DNA of 64,000 bases from positions 9,669 through 73,668 of the IMG/VR virus record IMGVR_UViG_3300033181_000085. The stretch is one strand, 5' to 3'. Origin of the DNA: a virus. The position numbers and the translations under genes are program-made. The stretch's first letter is position 1; each line of letters begins with the position of its first letter. Below, one piece after another: positions 8,316 to 16,878 of this stretch. The notes below the pieces were generated by a model. That model was not told where the DNA came from. It searched no databases and was given only the letters and a program-made list of their open reading frames with translations.

Positions 8316-8973
8316 TAGCGTCTAAATCACTGTTTAGCTCGTTGGTAAGCTGCCTATCATGCTTCATCATGCCGATAGCTTCATAGACCACTGCCAGCTG
8401 CTCGTCCGTGAAGCGAACACGTAATGGTTTCAGACCGTCGTCATCTTTGGGTTGCTTCTGGTCTGGTTCCGGTTCAATAGTTGGCTCGACTCCCACTTGT
8501 TCGAGTAACTTGATAATCTCGTCTTCCGACTGGCCGGTAAGGGCCAAAAGTTCGTCGCCGTTTTCGAGCTGCGACAACTCATAATTCACTTGAGCTAATA
8601 GGTCTTCGTCCCAACTTCCTTCTATACGGTTAGCGCTAATCGCCGCAGCTGCTTCGGTTCCCTCATCCCAATCGACGAGTCTGTACGGGTAGAGCTCATT
8701 GTCGTGCTCAACATAGCCTATCGCAATAGTACCCTGCTTATTGGGCGAGTCGAAACGCTGCGAGATTACTACGCGCTTCTGACCGCTCAAGTTCTCAAAA
8801 GCGCGTTTTCGCATGTGGCCGCCGACTAAGTGGCCGGTACGCTGGTTCATGATTAAGGAGCTCAAATCGCCGAATTTTTGGATTGAACGTTTCAGTGCCT
8901 CAAAATCTTGTTCACTTATTTTTCGCGGGTTTTTTGGGTTGGGCTTCAGGTCGTCAAAGTTTGCTAATTCCAT
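8143..8973 (-). CDS. ParB/Srx-like N-terminal domain protein
   Basis: DLKPNPKNPRKIS…LKRSIQKFG…LVGGHMR…AISANRIEGSWDEDLL. Confidence 0.8.
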   Translation of the reverse strand: MELANFDDLKPNPKNPRKISEQDFEALKRSIQKFGDLSSLIMNQRTGHLVGGHMRKRAFENLSGQKRVVISQRFDSPNKQGTIAIGYVEHDNELYPYRLVDWDEGTEAAAAISANRIEGSWDEDLLAQVNYELSQLENGDELLALTGQSEDEIIKLLEQVGVEPTIEPEPDQKQPKDDDGLKPLRVRFTDEQLAVVYEAIGMMKHDRQLTNELNSDLDANAIYYICRHYAETHASQNIENGQTTDIQPSATESTSDYTSPASNVTPDLTSIPTDTV

Positions 8974-9064
8974 ACGTCATAGTATACATATATAAGCTCT
9001 GCTAAAATAGTACCCAAGAGGCACTAAAAACGCCTCCAGACCGACTAAAGCCAATGGAGGCGCT

Positions 9065-9793
9065 ATGAAGAGTATATCAAAAGTATGTGATGTTGAGGGA
9101 TGTAACTCGACGGCTATTCGAAGATCCCTATGCTCGGCTCATTATCACAGATTAGTACGCTACGGGTTACCATGTGGTAAACCCTCACCTAAGTTAAGAC
9201 GTTCAAGGCCGGTCTGTAGCATAGACGGTTGTGAAAACTTCCAGAATGCACATGGCTTGTGCGGCCTACATGAAATGCGAAAAAAGAGAACCGGCGATCC
9301 ACTTAAAATTACAAGAGTCGTGACTGCGCATAAGATGTCTAGATCGGGGACATATAGATCGTGGCAGAAGGCTAAAGATCGCTGCTACAACCCTAACAAC
9401 CTACGCTATGCTGACTACGGCGGGAACTCAGTCGTGATGTGTGCTGCTCTTAAAAACAGCTTCATAGCTTTCTATAAATTGATGGGCGATAGACCACCGT
9501 ACACCACTTTAGACAGGAGAGATGCCGCCAGCAATTACAGTTGTGGTGAGTGTAGCGAGTGCGTTGCGAATGGGTGGGCAATGAACATGCGTTGGGCAGA
9601 TGCATCTACCCAGTCTCACAATAAGCGCACGTGGGATAGGTATAAGGGGATAGAAAGGAACGGTTCTGGCTATGCAGCTCGGATTCAGCGTAAAGGTGCT
9701 CGTTATTATTTAGGTACTTTTCGAACAGAAGACGAAGCTTTTAGAGCATACAAGAATAAGTCAATTGAGCTTTTCGGAGAGGAGAACTTGTAG
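9065..9793 (+). CDS. Free-standing HNH homing endonuclease with N-terminal Cys/His repeats and AP2-like C-terminus
   Basis: CxxxGC…LCxxH x2; YRSWQKAKDRC.NPNN..YADYGG…TLDR…MRWADASTQSHNK; YYLGTFRTEDEAFRAY. Confidence 0.85.
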   Translation: MKSISKVCDVEGCNSTAIRRSLCSAHYHRLVRYGLPCGKPSPKLRRSRPVCSIDGCENFQNAHGLCGLHEMRKKRTGDPLKITRVVTAHKMSRSGTYRSWQKAKDRCYNPNNLRYADYGGNSVVMCAALKNSFIAFYKLMGDRPPYTTLDRRDAASNYSCGECSECVANGWAMNMRWADASTQSHNKRTWDRYKGIERNGSGYAARIQRKGARYYLGTFRTEDEAFRAYKNKSIELFGEENL

Positions 9794-9799
9794 CCGTAA

Positions 9800-9950
9800 T
9801 AAACAAAATCAGGGCTTGCGAGAAGCCCTGATTAGGTGAAGTTTTGTTTTCAGCCATTTCTGGCTAGGGTTTTTGATGTTTGTTTTTGTGAACGTTTTGG
9901 TTTTGTGTGTTGGTGTATTTTGGTTTTTTCTCTTACCGCCCGGTAAGATA
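9800..9950 (-). ncRNA. Candidate A/C-rich small RNA with its own promoter and terminator
   Basis: Promoter TTGCAA(9979-9984)-17-TACTAT(9956-9961); 7-bp hairpin 9931-9948; 11-bp terminator stem 9807-9833 plus U tract. Confidence 0.55.
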
Positions 9951-10100
9951 CCCATATAGTAGCCTAAGCAAATGCCACTTGCAAGAGGTAAATAATTGTT
10001 ACATGCCATACATTTTATTTATACTGTGGATAGTTTTTCAGCGTCTCTTTGGGCCTCTGAACACATTTTTTATAGTTTCTGCATAAAATAGCATTTTTTG

Positions 10101-10568
10101 TCACGACCGCAAAAATCGCAGCACGTCCGCCCGAACACGAACCGGCTCGCGCCACAACCGCTTTGCTTTAATTCTATAAATCTGCCAGCCTCGTTCGCGC
10201 AAATAATCTTCGCGTTCCTGGTCGCGCACTACGTCCATGCGTGACGTGTGAAATGCCTGACCATCGATTTCTATAACTTTGTGGTAAGCCGCATTGGGTG
10301 TTGCGAAATCTGCGAAAAACGGACCGATCCGCACTTCTCTTTCAATTAGCTCGCTTTTCAACACTCGCCCCATCCACAGCCAGGTCAACGGAAAGCCTGT
10401 TCTTATTGAACGTATAAAAGGAACCGGCAATGACCAGCCGCCCATGATCCGGACGAAACGCACCTCAGCTGGCGATGGATAGCGAAGCCTAAGCTTGCGT
10501 CGTCGGTTACCCCGCCAGCGCACGTACCGGTCATGCATTTTGCGACGTGGCTTTTGGTATGGGCCCAT
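10101..10568 (-). CDS. DUF559 / Vsr-like PD-(D/E)XK endonuclease domain protein
   Basis: REVRIGPFFADFA…VIEIDGQAFH…DQEREDYLRERGWQIYRI. Confidence 0.8.
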   Translation of the reverse strand: MGPYQKPRRKMHDRYVRWRGNRRRKLRLRYPSPAEVRFVRIMGGWSLPVPFIRSIRTGFPLTWLWMGRVLKSELIEREVRIGPFFADFATPNAAYHKVIEIDGQAFHTSRMDVVRDQEREDYLRERGWQIYRIKAKRLWREPVRVRADVLRFLRS

Positions 10569-10702
10569 GTTACTCACTATACCCGAAATCCTGTTAATAT
10601 TTGCTGCTAAGCGTCATAAACTTCCACTTTCCTAATGCCCAAAAAGAATAGATATACGAGAGGCAAACAGTAGCCCTCATAAACATAAAAGGAGCATGAA
10701 TC

Positions 10703-11044
10703 ATGACACAGCCAACCGTCGCAGAACTGGAGCAGGCGTGGAAAGACCGCTGCGCCAAAGGTAACCTAAGCCCCGCCATAATCGGCATCGGCAAAATCCG
10801 CATTATGGGTAAGAGCGGTGACACCGCTATCCAGTTTCCCCGTATCGCCAGCTTAGAGGCACTTGGAACCCTCCAACCCGATGAGCAATATGCAGTCCAA
10901 GCTGCCCAGCGTATCGTCGAACAGGCACGCGAACAGCAACGCACGGTCTTCGCGGTTACTCCTGGGCAGACACCAGAACGCCTGACTGACTTCCGACCAG
11001 ACGCCGAATCCTTGATGGTCGTCGCCCGTGTGGCTGGCGGCTGA
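10703..11044 (+). CDS. Hypothetical protein ending in C-terminal Gly-Gly (possible ubiquitin-like)
   Basis: …LTDFRPDAESLMVVARVAGG*; SD AAAGGAG. Confidence 0.7.
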   Translation: MTQPTVAELEQAWKDRCAKGNLSPAIIGIGKIRIMGKSGDTAIQFPRIASLEALGTLQPDEQYAVQAAQRIVEQAREQQRTVFAVTPGQTPERLTDFRPDAESLMVVARVAGG

Positions 11045-11093
11045 TTGTAGCGGGTGTCGGCTCTACCGGCACCCTTCCCGTAGGAGGTGTGTT

Positions 11094-12131
11094 ATGCCGC
11101 GAAGTTTAGTCCACGGTGACTACTCATTACTCATCGCCATCGAATCATCGTCACGGCCTAATAGCTGGTATCGGGTACTCGCAGATAGACGTCGTGGCAC
11201 CCTATCGTGCGATTGTCCCCCTTGGGTCTTTAACAGAAACCGTAGCGTTGAAGGTGTCCGCTCCTGCCAGCATACCGACTTCGCGCAGCTACTTATGAGC
11301 GGCAGGCAGATTCAGCACGGTACGGTCAATACCAGTACGAACTCTCCACTCCTGACCGCAACCCGTCAACAGTGGCTTGGACTACGTGGCGACTGGCAGA
11401 TTGAACAGACCGATACAACGATTAGGACCAATCGCTACCACGTCGTACTCCTTAATCTGGCATTGGGCAACGGCGGTAGTGCTACCGGCGTGGTGGCTTT
11501 CGCGAACCAACACCGCCATAGCGAAACCGAGATGATCGCTGGCGTGGCTGGTTGGGCAGGATATGCGGTAGCTAGTGAAGTGGCACGATTGGGTGGCTTC
11601 CCATTAGTTGGGCAACCACCGGAGCATTTCCGCATTGACCGCAGGCCGATGACTAATAGAAGACAAACACCAACTGTGCCAGCAATCGGGCTAGAGGATA
11701 TTCTAAAGGTTGGGGATATAGTACAGCCAGGTCGCGATCCGAACGTTGTGGCTGAGCAAACTTTGGCTCTCTTTTTAGGGCAAGAAACCTACGCACTACT
11801 TGAGCGACAGAGCTTTCTTGATGTGTCGAGTGTGCGGTATGCCGAGGAGCAACGGGTATACCGGCTAAGGCGTGACCCAGCAAAATCGAGAGACCGACGC
11901 ATACGAGTCTTCCAGCATAATAGGTATACTAGAGACCTCTGTGTTATCCGAGGGATGGAGTGCCCTGAAGCGGATGGATTTTTAACAAATTTTTTAGGGC
12001 TACTGTCTGATGAAGACGCAGCACTCTCCGTCGTCCAATCCCATAACATTTTTCGCCCGTATTCCGATGGCAATGAACGTGAAACCATTCCAGCCGTATG
12101 GCATCCGAGAATGACACCAATAATAGCGTGA
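11094..12131 (+). CDS. SWIM zinc-finger protein fused to an uncharacterised C-terminal domain
   Basis: SD AGGAGG before ATG 11094; SCDCPPWVFN…SCQH SWIM motif. Confidence 0.7.
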   Translation: MPRSLVHGDYSLLIAIESSSRPNSWYRVLADRRRGTLSCDCPPWVFNRNRSVEGVRSCQHTDFAQLLMSGRQIQHGTVNTSTNSPLLTATRQQWLGLRGDWQIEQTDTTIRTNRYHVVLLNLALGNGGSATGVVAFANQHRHSETEMIAGVAGWAGYAVASEVARLGGFPLVGQPPEHFRIDRRPMTNRRQTPTVPAIGLEDILKVGDIVQPGRDPNVVAEQTLALFLGQETYALLERQSFLDVSSVRYAEEQRVYRLRRDPAKSRDRRIRVFQHNRYTRDLCVIRGMECPEADGFLTNFLGLLSDEDAALSVVQSHNIFRPYSDGNERETIPAVWHPRMTPIIA

Positions 12132-12270
12132 AGCTTGTGTTATATTAAAGTTGTAATCGCGCTTACTCAGGCCGATTTGCACATTAGCCGGATCATCTAG
12201 ACTCAAGACACTTTCACCCAGCTTCACAGATCTCTTTATGTTGGTTACCTTGCCAGCACCTTTTACAGCT

Positions 12271-12299
12271 CCTCTCGAACCGGCCGAGAGGATTTTTTT
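12271..12299 (+). terminator. Rho-independent terminator
   Basis: cctctcg/cgagagg stem plus T7. Confidence 0.7.
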
Positions 12300-12438
12300 A
12301 TGCACAGGAATATGAAAAATAGTATTCCATAAATACCTATATATCTATATAGTTATTTATGTAAAAGGAGATCGAAAGTATGAGCAATGCGGTCACAGGT
12401 TTAGTACAGTGTGCCAAGCACCACACGTACGCAATTAA

Positions 12439-12840
12439 ATGCAGGTGCAGGTTACGATGAGGTCGGCGAAATATATGGCTGTCGCTGGGCTGGCAGTGAC
12501 GGGACTGGCTTTATTGCCGGTTAATGCCTCAGCTTATGATTATTACGCTGCCTACGGCATGTATCAGAATAATGGTCTGTATAACAGCTCGAACTACTAC
12601 GTCAACTACATCATCCAGCATGAAAGCAGCGGACGGGCAGGAGTTACAAATTACTTAGGTTGTATTGGACTGATGCAAAGTTGTCCATACAGAGGCACGC
12701 CAGCGGGATTAGCGGTAGCTTGTCCGAATTGGGTCACAGATATTAACTGCCAGTTGGGATTCTTTACACAGTATGCAAATAGCCGTTACGGTTCTTGGGC
12801 AGCCGCAGCAGGACATGAATATCGGACGGGTTGGTGGTAG
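12439..12840 (+). CDS. Secreted lysozyme-like lytic transglycosylase (aggregation-promoting-factor-like)
   Basis: Signal peptide; IIQHESSG catalytic Glu, GLMQ motif, YANSRYGSWAAA…GWW end. Confidence 0.8.
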   Translation: MQVQVTMRSAKYMAVAGLAVTGLALLPVNASAYDYYAAYGMYQNNGLYNSSNYYVNYIIQHESSGRAGVTNYLGCIGLMQSCPYRGTPAGLAVACPNWVTDINCQLGFFTQYANSRYGSWAAAAGHEYRTGWW

Positions 12841-13070
12841 GAGTGGATATCGAAGAGCTAACCCTCAAATGGTACGACCAGATTTACGCCTTCTGCGACT
12901 CACACGGCATTGTCAGGCTTGCATATAAGCTTATTAAGCAGCAGCCGATGGACAAACCAGCCTGTGAGAAGTCGATCATTTGCAATGAGGCGCAAGGCTG
13001 CGACAGAAGATCATGTCCAGCACGAACCGTGACAATAAACTATTATATAAGAAGGTTGAAGGGGATATAA
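12831..13070 (+). CDS. Phage hypothetical protein
   Basis: Packed ORF between neighbours. Confidence 0.45.
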   Translation: MVVGVDIEELTLKWYDQIYAFCDSHGIVRLAYKLIKQQPMDKPACEKSIICNEAQGCDRRSCPARTVTINYYIRRLKGI

Positions 13071-13337
13071 ATGGCAAAATACTTTGAACTCGGCACGAAG
13101 ATAAAAGACCTTGTGACTGGCGTGACCGGCATTTGTGTTGTTCGCAGCGAGCACCTAAATGGATGTGTGCAGTATGGCATGCGTCAGAATGTTGGCAAAG
13201 ATGGCAAAGTACCGGAAACATACTGGGCTGACAGCCAGCAGCTTACTAAAGTCGATCAGGGGATCGCTGCAAAAATCAAGAAGACGTTCACTGGCGGCCC
13301 AATGGATGGCGTTCCCGATTCTTACGAACACCCATAA
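13071..13337 (+). CDS. Conserved phage hypothetical (LGTKIKDLVTGVTG…HLNGCVQYG)
   Basis: Recognisable SH3-like phage family pattern. Confidence 0.7.
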   Translation: MAKYFELGTKIKDLVTGVTGICVVRSEHLNGCVQYGMRQNVGKDGKVPETYWADSQQLTKVDQGIAAKIKKTFTGGPMDGVPDSYEHP

Positions 13338-13392
13338 TTGATCACTACAATTAAATAAGCACATTAATAAGTAACTTCAGGAAGGAGAGTCG

Positions 13393-13584
13393 ATGAATAT
13401 TTTAGCATTCATAGCAGCTTGGGTAGCGTTGGTTGTCGCACTGGCTTTCGGTCTTAGTCGGCTCTCTAGTTCCAATAATTGTATAGGTTTATATCTCCCC
13501 AACAATGCCACAGCAACTGTGCAGAATGCGAAAGTTGTCCACGACAATCGCAAATGCAGTACGAATATTTATGTTAGTAATTAG
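13393..13584 (+). CDS. Small membrane/secreted protein
   Basis: SD GAAGGAG; N-terminal hydrophobic helix. Confidence 0.55.
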   Translation: MNILAFIAAWVALVVALAFGLSRLSSSNNCIGLYLPNNATATVQNAKVVHDNRKCSTNIYVSN

Positions 13585-13699
13585 AGAAGATAAGCAATGC
13601 CCACACTAACCCTCATCGACCCCGCTCTCTACGACCTATTCGTTATCATCCCCTCAGAACCTGCCCCAGAAGACAACTTAATAATTATGAAGGAGTAAT

Positions 13700-14248
13700 A
13701 TGCCCGCATTGAAACAGATCGTACCAACGAAAGAATGGACTACCTTACCCCGGTTAAAAAGCGGTCCGTGGGATAAGGAGCCGGATAAGGCCCAGTGGCA
13801 ATACAGTCCGACTATCGCCTGTATGGTACATCGTGGCGGTGGCCAAGCTTGGTGCGGTTATGTTGGCGTAACTGAAGGCCATCCGCTCTTTGGTATGGAG
13901 TACGATGAAGTCGAAACAAAGTATAACCTTGATGTTCACGGCGGTCTGACATTTTCCGCTCTGTGTGACGGTGATGAAGAAAAAGGCATCTGCCATGTAG
14001 CAACTGACGAGAATGGCAAACCAATAGAAGCGTGGTGGCTTGGGTTTGACTGTGCGCATTACACGGACATACGACCGAACTTTGCTGACAAATATATGCT
14101 CCAGCACGATGAAGAAATGGCCACTAAATATCCACTAGCCCATCATGACGAAGTGTACAGGGATTACGCCTACGTTCGAGCTGAGACTGAACGGCTGGCA
14201 GAGCAGATCGACGCACTGGATAAAAACGTAACAGTTAAGGAGAAATAG
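13700..14248 (+). CDS. Conserved phage hypothetical (WCGYVG…VHGGLTF…WWLGFDCAH)
   Basis: Widespread phage family motif; SD. Confidence 0.75.
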   Translation: MPALKQIVPTKEWTTLPRLKSGPWDKEPDKAQWQYSPTIACMVHRGGGQAWCGYVGVTEGHPLFGMEYDEVETKYNLDVHGGLTFSALCDGDEEKGICHVATDENGKPIEAWWLGFDCAHYTDIRPNFADKYMLQHDEEMATKYPLAHHDEVYRDYAYVRAETERLAEQIDALDKNVTVKEK

Positions 14249-14249
14249 T

Positions 14250-15257
14250 ATGGACAAAGATTCACCACGAGACGGCAGTCAAAGCTCGCTACTTAATGGT
14301 AGGCAACCAGAAAATAAGGCCGTAACTAATCCTGGCATGTCTGGCCGTCCAACTGACGAGCAAGCAGAGTCATCGGTTGCTACGCAAACTAAACAGACAC
14401 TAACTACTGCTCAGGCAGCTGTCGTCAAAATGCAGGGTGACGTGATGAAATTCGTGACCAAGATGCTCGGTACTGAAAAGGCTCAAGAGTATGCTACTCG
14501 CGTTGCCCTCATTGCCCGCGATAACCCGAAGCTAGCTTATGCTATCCAGAAGAACCCTGAAAGCTTCTTGACGGCATTCATGGCCAGTGCTGAGCGCGAC
14601 CTCATGCCGAATACCTCTAAGGGTCTAGCCTATCTGATACCTTATGGAGATAAAGTCCAGTTCCAAGTTGGCTATCCCGGCCTACTACTGGAGGCCAGGC
14701 GTACCGGCGAGATTATGACGATTGATGCTGAGAACGTTATTAAAGGTGATACGTTTGAGTACACTCTTGGCACTGAACGTAAGGTTGTTCATAGGCCTGC
14801 CGATGATGTTGACCGGACTAAATACGATGCTATCACCCACGTTTATGCCACAGCTAAGCTTACTAATGGTGAGCACCCCTTCATAGTTCTAACCAAAAAG
14901 GAACTGGATAAAGTCAAGGCGACTGCCAAAGCTAGCAGCACCGACTCTCCGTGGCACACTTGGCCGGAGCGCCAAGCTATCAAGACCGCCTACAAACGAC
15001 TCGCTAAGGTACTACCATCTGAGCGTATGCAACGGGCAGCCTATCTCGATGATCTAGCTGAGGCCGGTAAGCTACGCTTTGATCGTGAAAAAGGTGAGTT
15101 TATCGAGGGTGAGTTGGCTGAGGTATCATCTGAGACACGCGATGCGATAGATAACGCCACGAGTACTGAGGAACTACAGACAATCTTAAACGGCCTATCG
15201 ACGACTGAGCGGAAGAAAGCTGCAAGCCTAGTGGCTGAGAGAATGAAGGCGCTCTAG
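14250..15257 (+). CDS. recT: RecT-family single-strand annealing recombinase
   Basis: GLAYLIPYG…QFQVGYPGLLL…DTFEYTLG…SPWHTWPERQAIKT. Confidence 0.9.
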   Translation: MDKDSPRDGSQSSLLNGRQPENKAVTNPGMSGRPTDEQAESSVATQTKQTLTTAQAAVVKMQGDVMKFVTKMLGTEKAQEYATRVALIARDNPKLAYAIQKNPESFLTAFMASAERDLMPNTSKGLAYLIPYGDKVQFQVGYPGLLLEARRTGEIMTIDAENVIKGDTFEYTLGTERKVVHRPADDVDRTKYDAITHVYATAKLTNGEHPFIVLTKKELDKVKATAKASSTDSPWHTWPERQAIKTAYKRLAKVLPSERMQRAAYLDDLAEAGKLRFDREKGEFIEGELAEVSSETRDAIDNATSTEELQTILNGLSTTERKKAASLVAERMKAL

Positions 15258-15775
15258 TGAATAAAATAGCCCGTAGTATAGGAGCGGAGCGATTCAAGTC
15301 ACTCTTTGAATATAATCTATTTAAGGGCAAGCTCTACTGGAAGAACGTATCGAAATATCATCTAAATAGAAACGGTCTAGAGGCGGGATTCCCCAGGCGG
15401 GATAGTAATAAGCCGGATAAGTACTACTGGATAGTTAAGATAGACCGTCACCCAATTAAACGAGCAACTATAATCTATGCCCTCGCTACTAGTATCATAC
15501 CTGATCTCATAGACCACAAAGATGGTAACAGTCTCAATGATTCGATCCACAATCTCAGAGAAGCCACACATGAACAGAATAGTTGGAATAGGAAAATTGG
15601 TAAGCCAGGTAGAGATCTACCTATGGGAATTAGGCTAATAAAATCTTCTGGACGTTATCAAGCCCGCATCACCCATAGAAACAAATTGATACCGCTGGGC
15701 ACTTTCAGCACTGTTAATGACGCACAGAATGCTTATCTAGAGAAGAGGAAGGAGCTATTTGGTGAATTCGCATAG
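15257..15775 (+). CDS. HNH homing endonuclease between recT and the exonuclease gene
   Basis: IDHKDGNSLNDSIHNLREATHEQNSWN; LGTFSTVNDAQNAY. Confidence 0.9.
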   Translation: MNKIARSIGAERFKSLFEYNLFKGKLYWKNVSKYHLNRNGLEAGFPRRDSNKPDKYYWIVKIDRHPIKRATIIYALATSIIPDLIDHKDGNSLNDSIHNLREATHEQNSWNRKIGKPGRDLPMGIRLIKSSGRYQARITHRNKLIPLGTFSTVNDAQNAYLEKRKELFGEFA

Positions 15776-16445
15776 TATCGCTACTGAAATTGTAGCTGAG
15801 CAGCGGACAGAGAACTGGTATGCCGCTAGGCTAGGCCGTGCCACTGCTTCCAAATTCTACGACATCATCGCTGGCACCAAGAACGGCTATGCGGCAACCC
15901 GAAAGAACTATCGCGCCGAGCTGGTAATTGAGCGACTGACTGGCCAAAGCATTGACACCTTTCAGAATGCTGCGATGTCCTGGGGAAATGATACGGAGGA
16001 TCTGGCCCGCACAACCTATATGCTAGAGACTGGAAACGTTGCTGATACCTGCGGTTTCTACGCCCATAACGAAATCATGGCAGGTGCCTCACCTGATGGA
16101 TTGATCGGTGATGACGGAACTATCGAGATCAAGTCACCAAACCCTGCTACACACATCGAGACATTACGGCTTGGTTCAATTCCCACAAAATACGTGCCGC
16201 AAGTCCAGGGACAACTTTGGATGACCGGCCGCAAGTGGTGCGACTTCATCAGCTTCGATCCTCGGTTACCGCAAAACGCCCAGTTGTTCATCCAGCGTAT
16301 TGAACGCGACAACAAGTACATTGCCTATCTGGAAACAGAGGTCATTAAGTTTTTGGTTGAAGTCGATGAAGAAGTTAAGTTTGTGCAGGAATACCACGCA
16401 CCAATAATTACATCTAAACTACGAGAGGAGCCCGCCCATGTCTAA
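15759..16445 (+). CDS. YqaJ / lambda-exonuclease family protein
   Basis: EQRTENWYAARLGRATAS…GASPDGLI…IEIKSP…QVQGQLW. Confidence 0.9.
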   Translation: MVNSHSIATEIVAEQRTENWYAARLGRATASKFYDIIAGTKNGYAATRKNYRAELVIERLTGQSIDTFQNAAMSWGNDTEDLARTTYMLETGNVADTCGFYAHNEIMAGASPDGLIGDDGTIEIKSPNPATHIETLRLGSIPTKYVPQVQGQLWMTGRKWCDFISFDPRLPQNAQLFIQRIERDNKYIAYLETEVIKFLVEVDEEVKFVQEYHAPIITSKLREEPAHV

Positions 16446-16671
16446 CCAACCATTCAGTATCGCCCGTATGGGTTCCAAAGCATTTCTCGACGACACGGCG
16501 GATATGCACAACGGTAAAGACTACGACTGGGTGATCGATGCCATGGCTAAGCTGAAGACCGGAGAAATGACTAAAAAAGAGATGGTCAAGGCCATGAACA
16601 TTACCGCACCGACTTTGGACAAGTACATATTCATTATTAATTTGGAACGGGTGCAGCAGCATGGAAAGTAA
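16438..16671 (+). CDS. Small HTH DNA-binding protein
   Basis: MTKKEMVKAMNITAPTLDKY helix-turn-helix. Confidence 0.6.
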   Translation: MSNQPFSIARMGSKAFLDDTADMHNGKDYDWVIDAMAKLKTGEMTKKEMVKAMNITAPTLDKYIFIINLERVQQHGK

Positions 16672-16674
16672 ATC

Positions 16675-16878
16675 ATGAACAATGAACACCACGACGGGAC
16701 TAGCCACAGATTTTTTCTGTTTGAAACTAAGACCACGTTTGAACCTTACGCTATCGACAACGAAATAGTAAACGTAGCGTCGGAGCCTTTATATTTAAAA
16801 GTCGATTATGCCATTCTATCCTGTAATTGTGGTGAAGTTATTAGGCGAAAAGTGCGGAAAGAAGATCATGACGCCTGA
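16675..16878 (+). CDS. Small phage hypothetical
   Basis: Coupled ORF, CNCG motif. Confidence 0.55.
   Translation: MNNEHHDGTSHRFFLFETKTTFEPYAIDNEIVNVASEPLYLKVDYAILSCNCGEVIRRKVRKEDHDA

Noticed and set aside
9809-10009. 66-aa K/T-rich ORF as a protein
   Set aside because: It spans a promoter and a terminator; composition is explained by the A/C-rich RNA.
6620-10100. Replication origin inferred from DnaA-box-like 9-mers and G/T skew
   Set aside because: Only isolated degenerate boxes, no iteron cluster or initiator gene; the skew is explained by the candidate sRNA.
12000-12305. Minus-strand 101-aa ORF
   Set aside because: Starts inside a terminator/motif, overlaps the SWIM gene, has no SD; at most a remnant.
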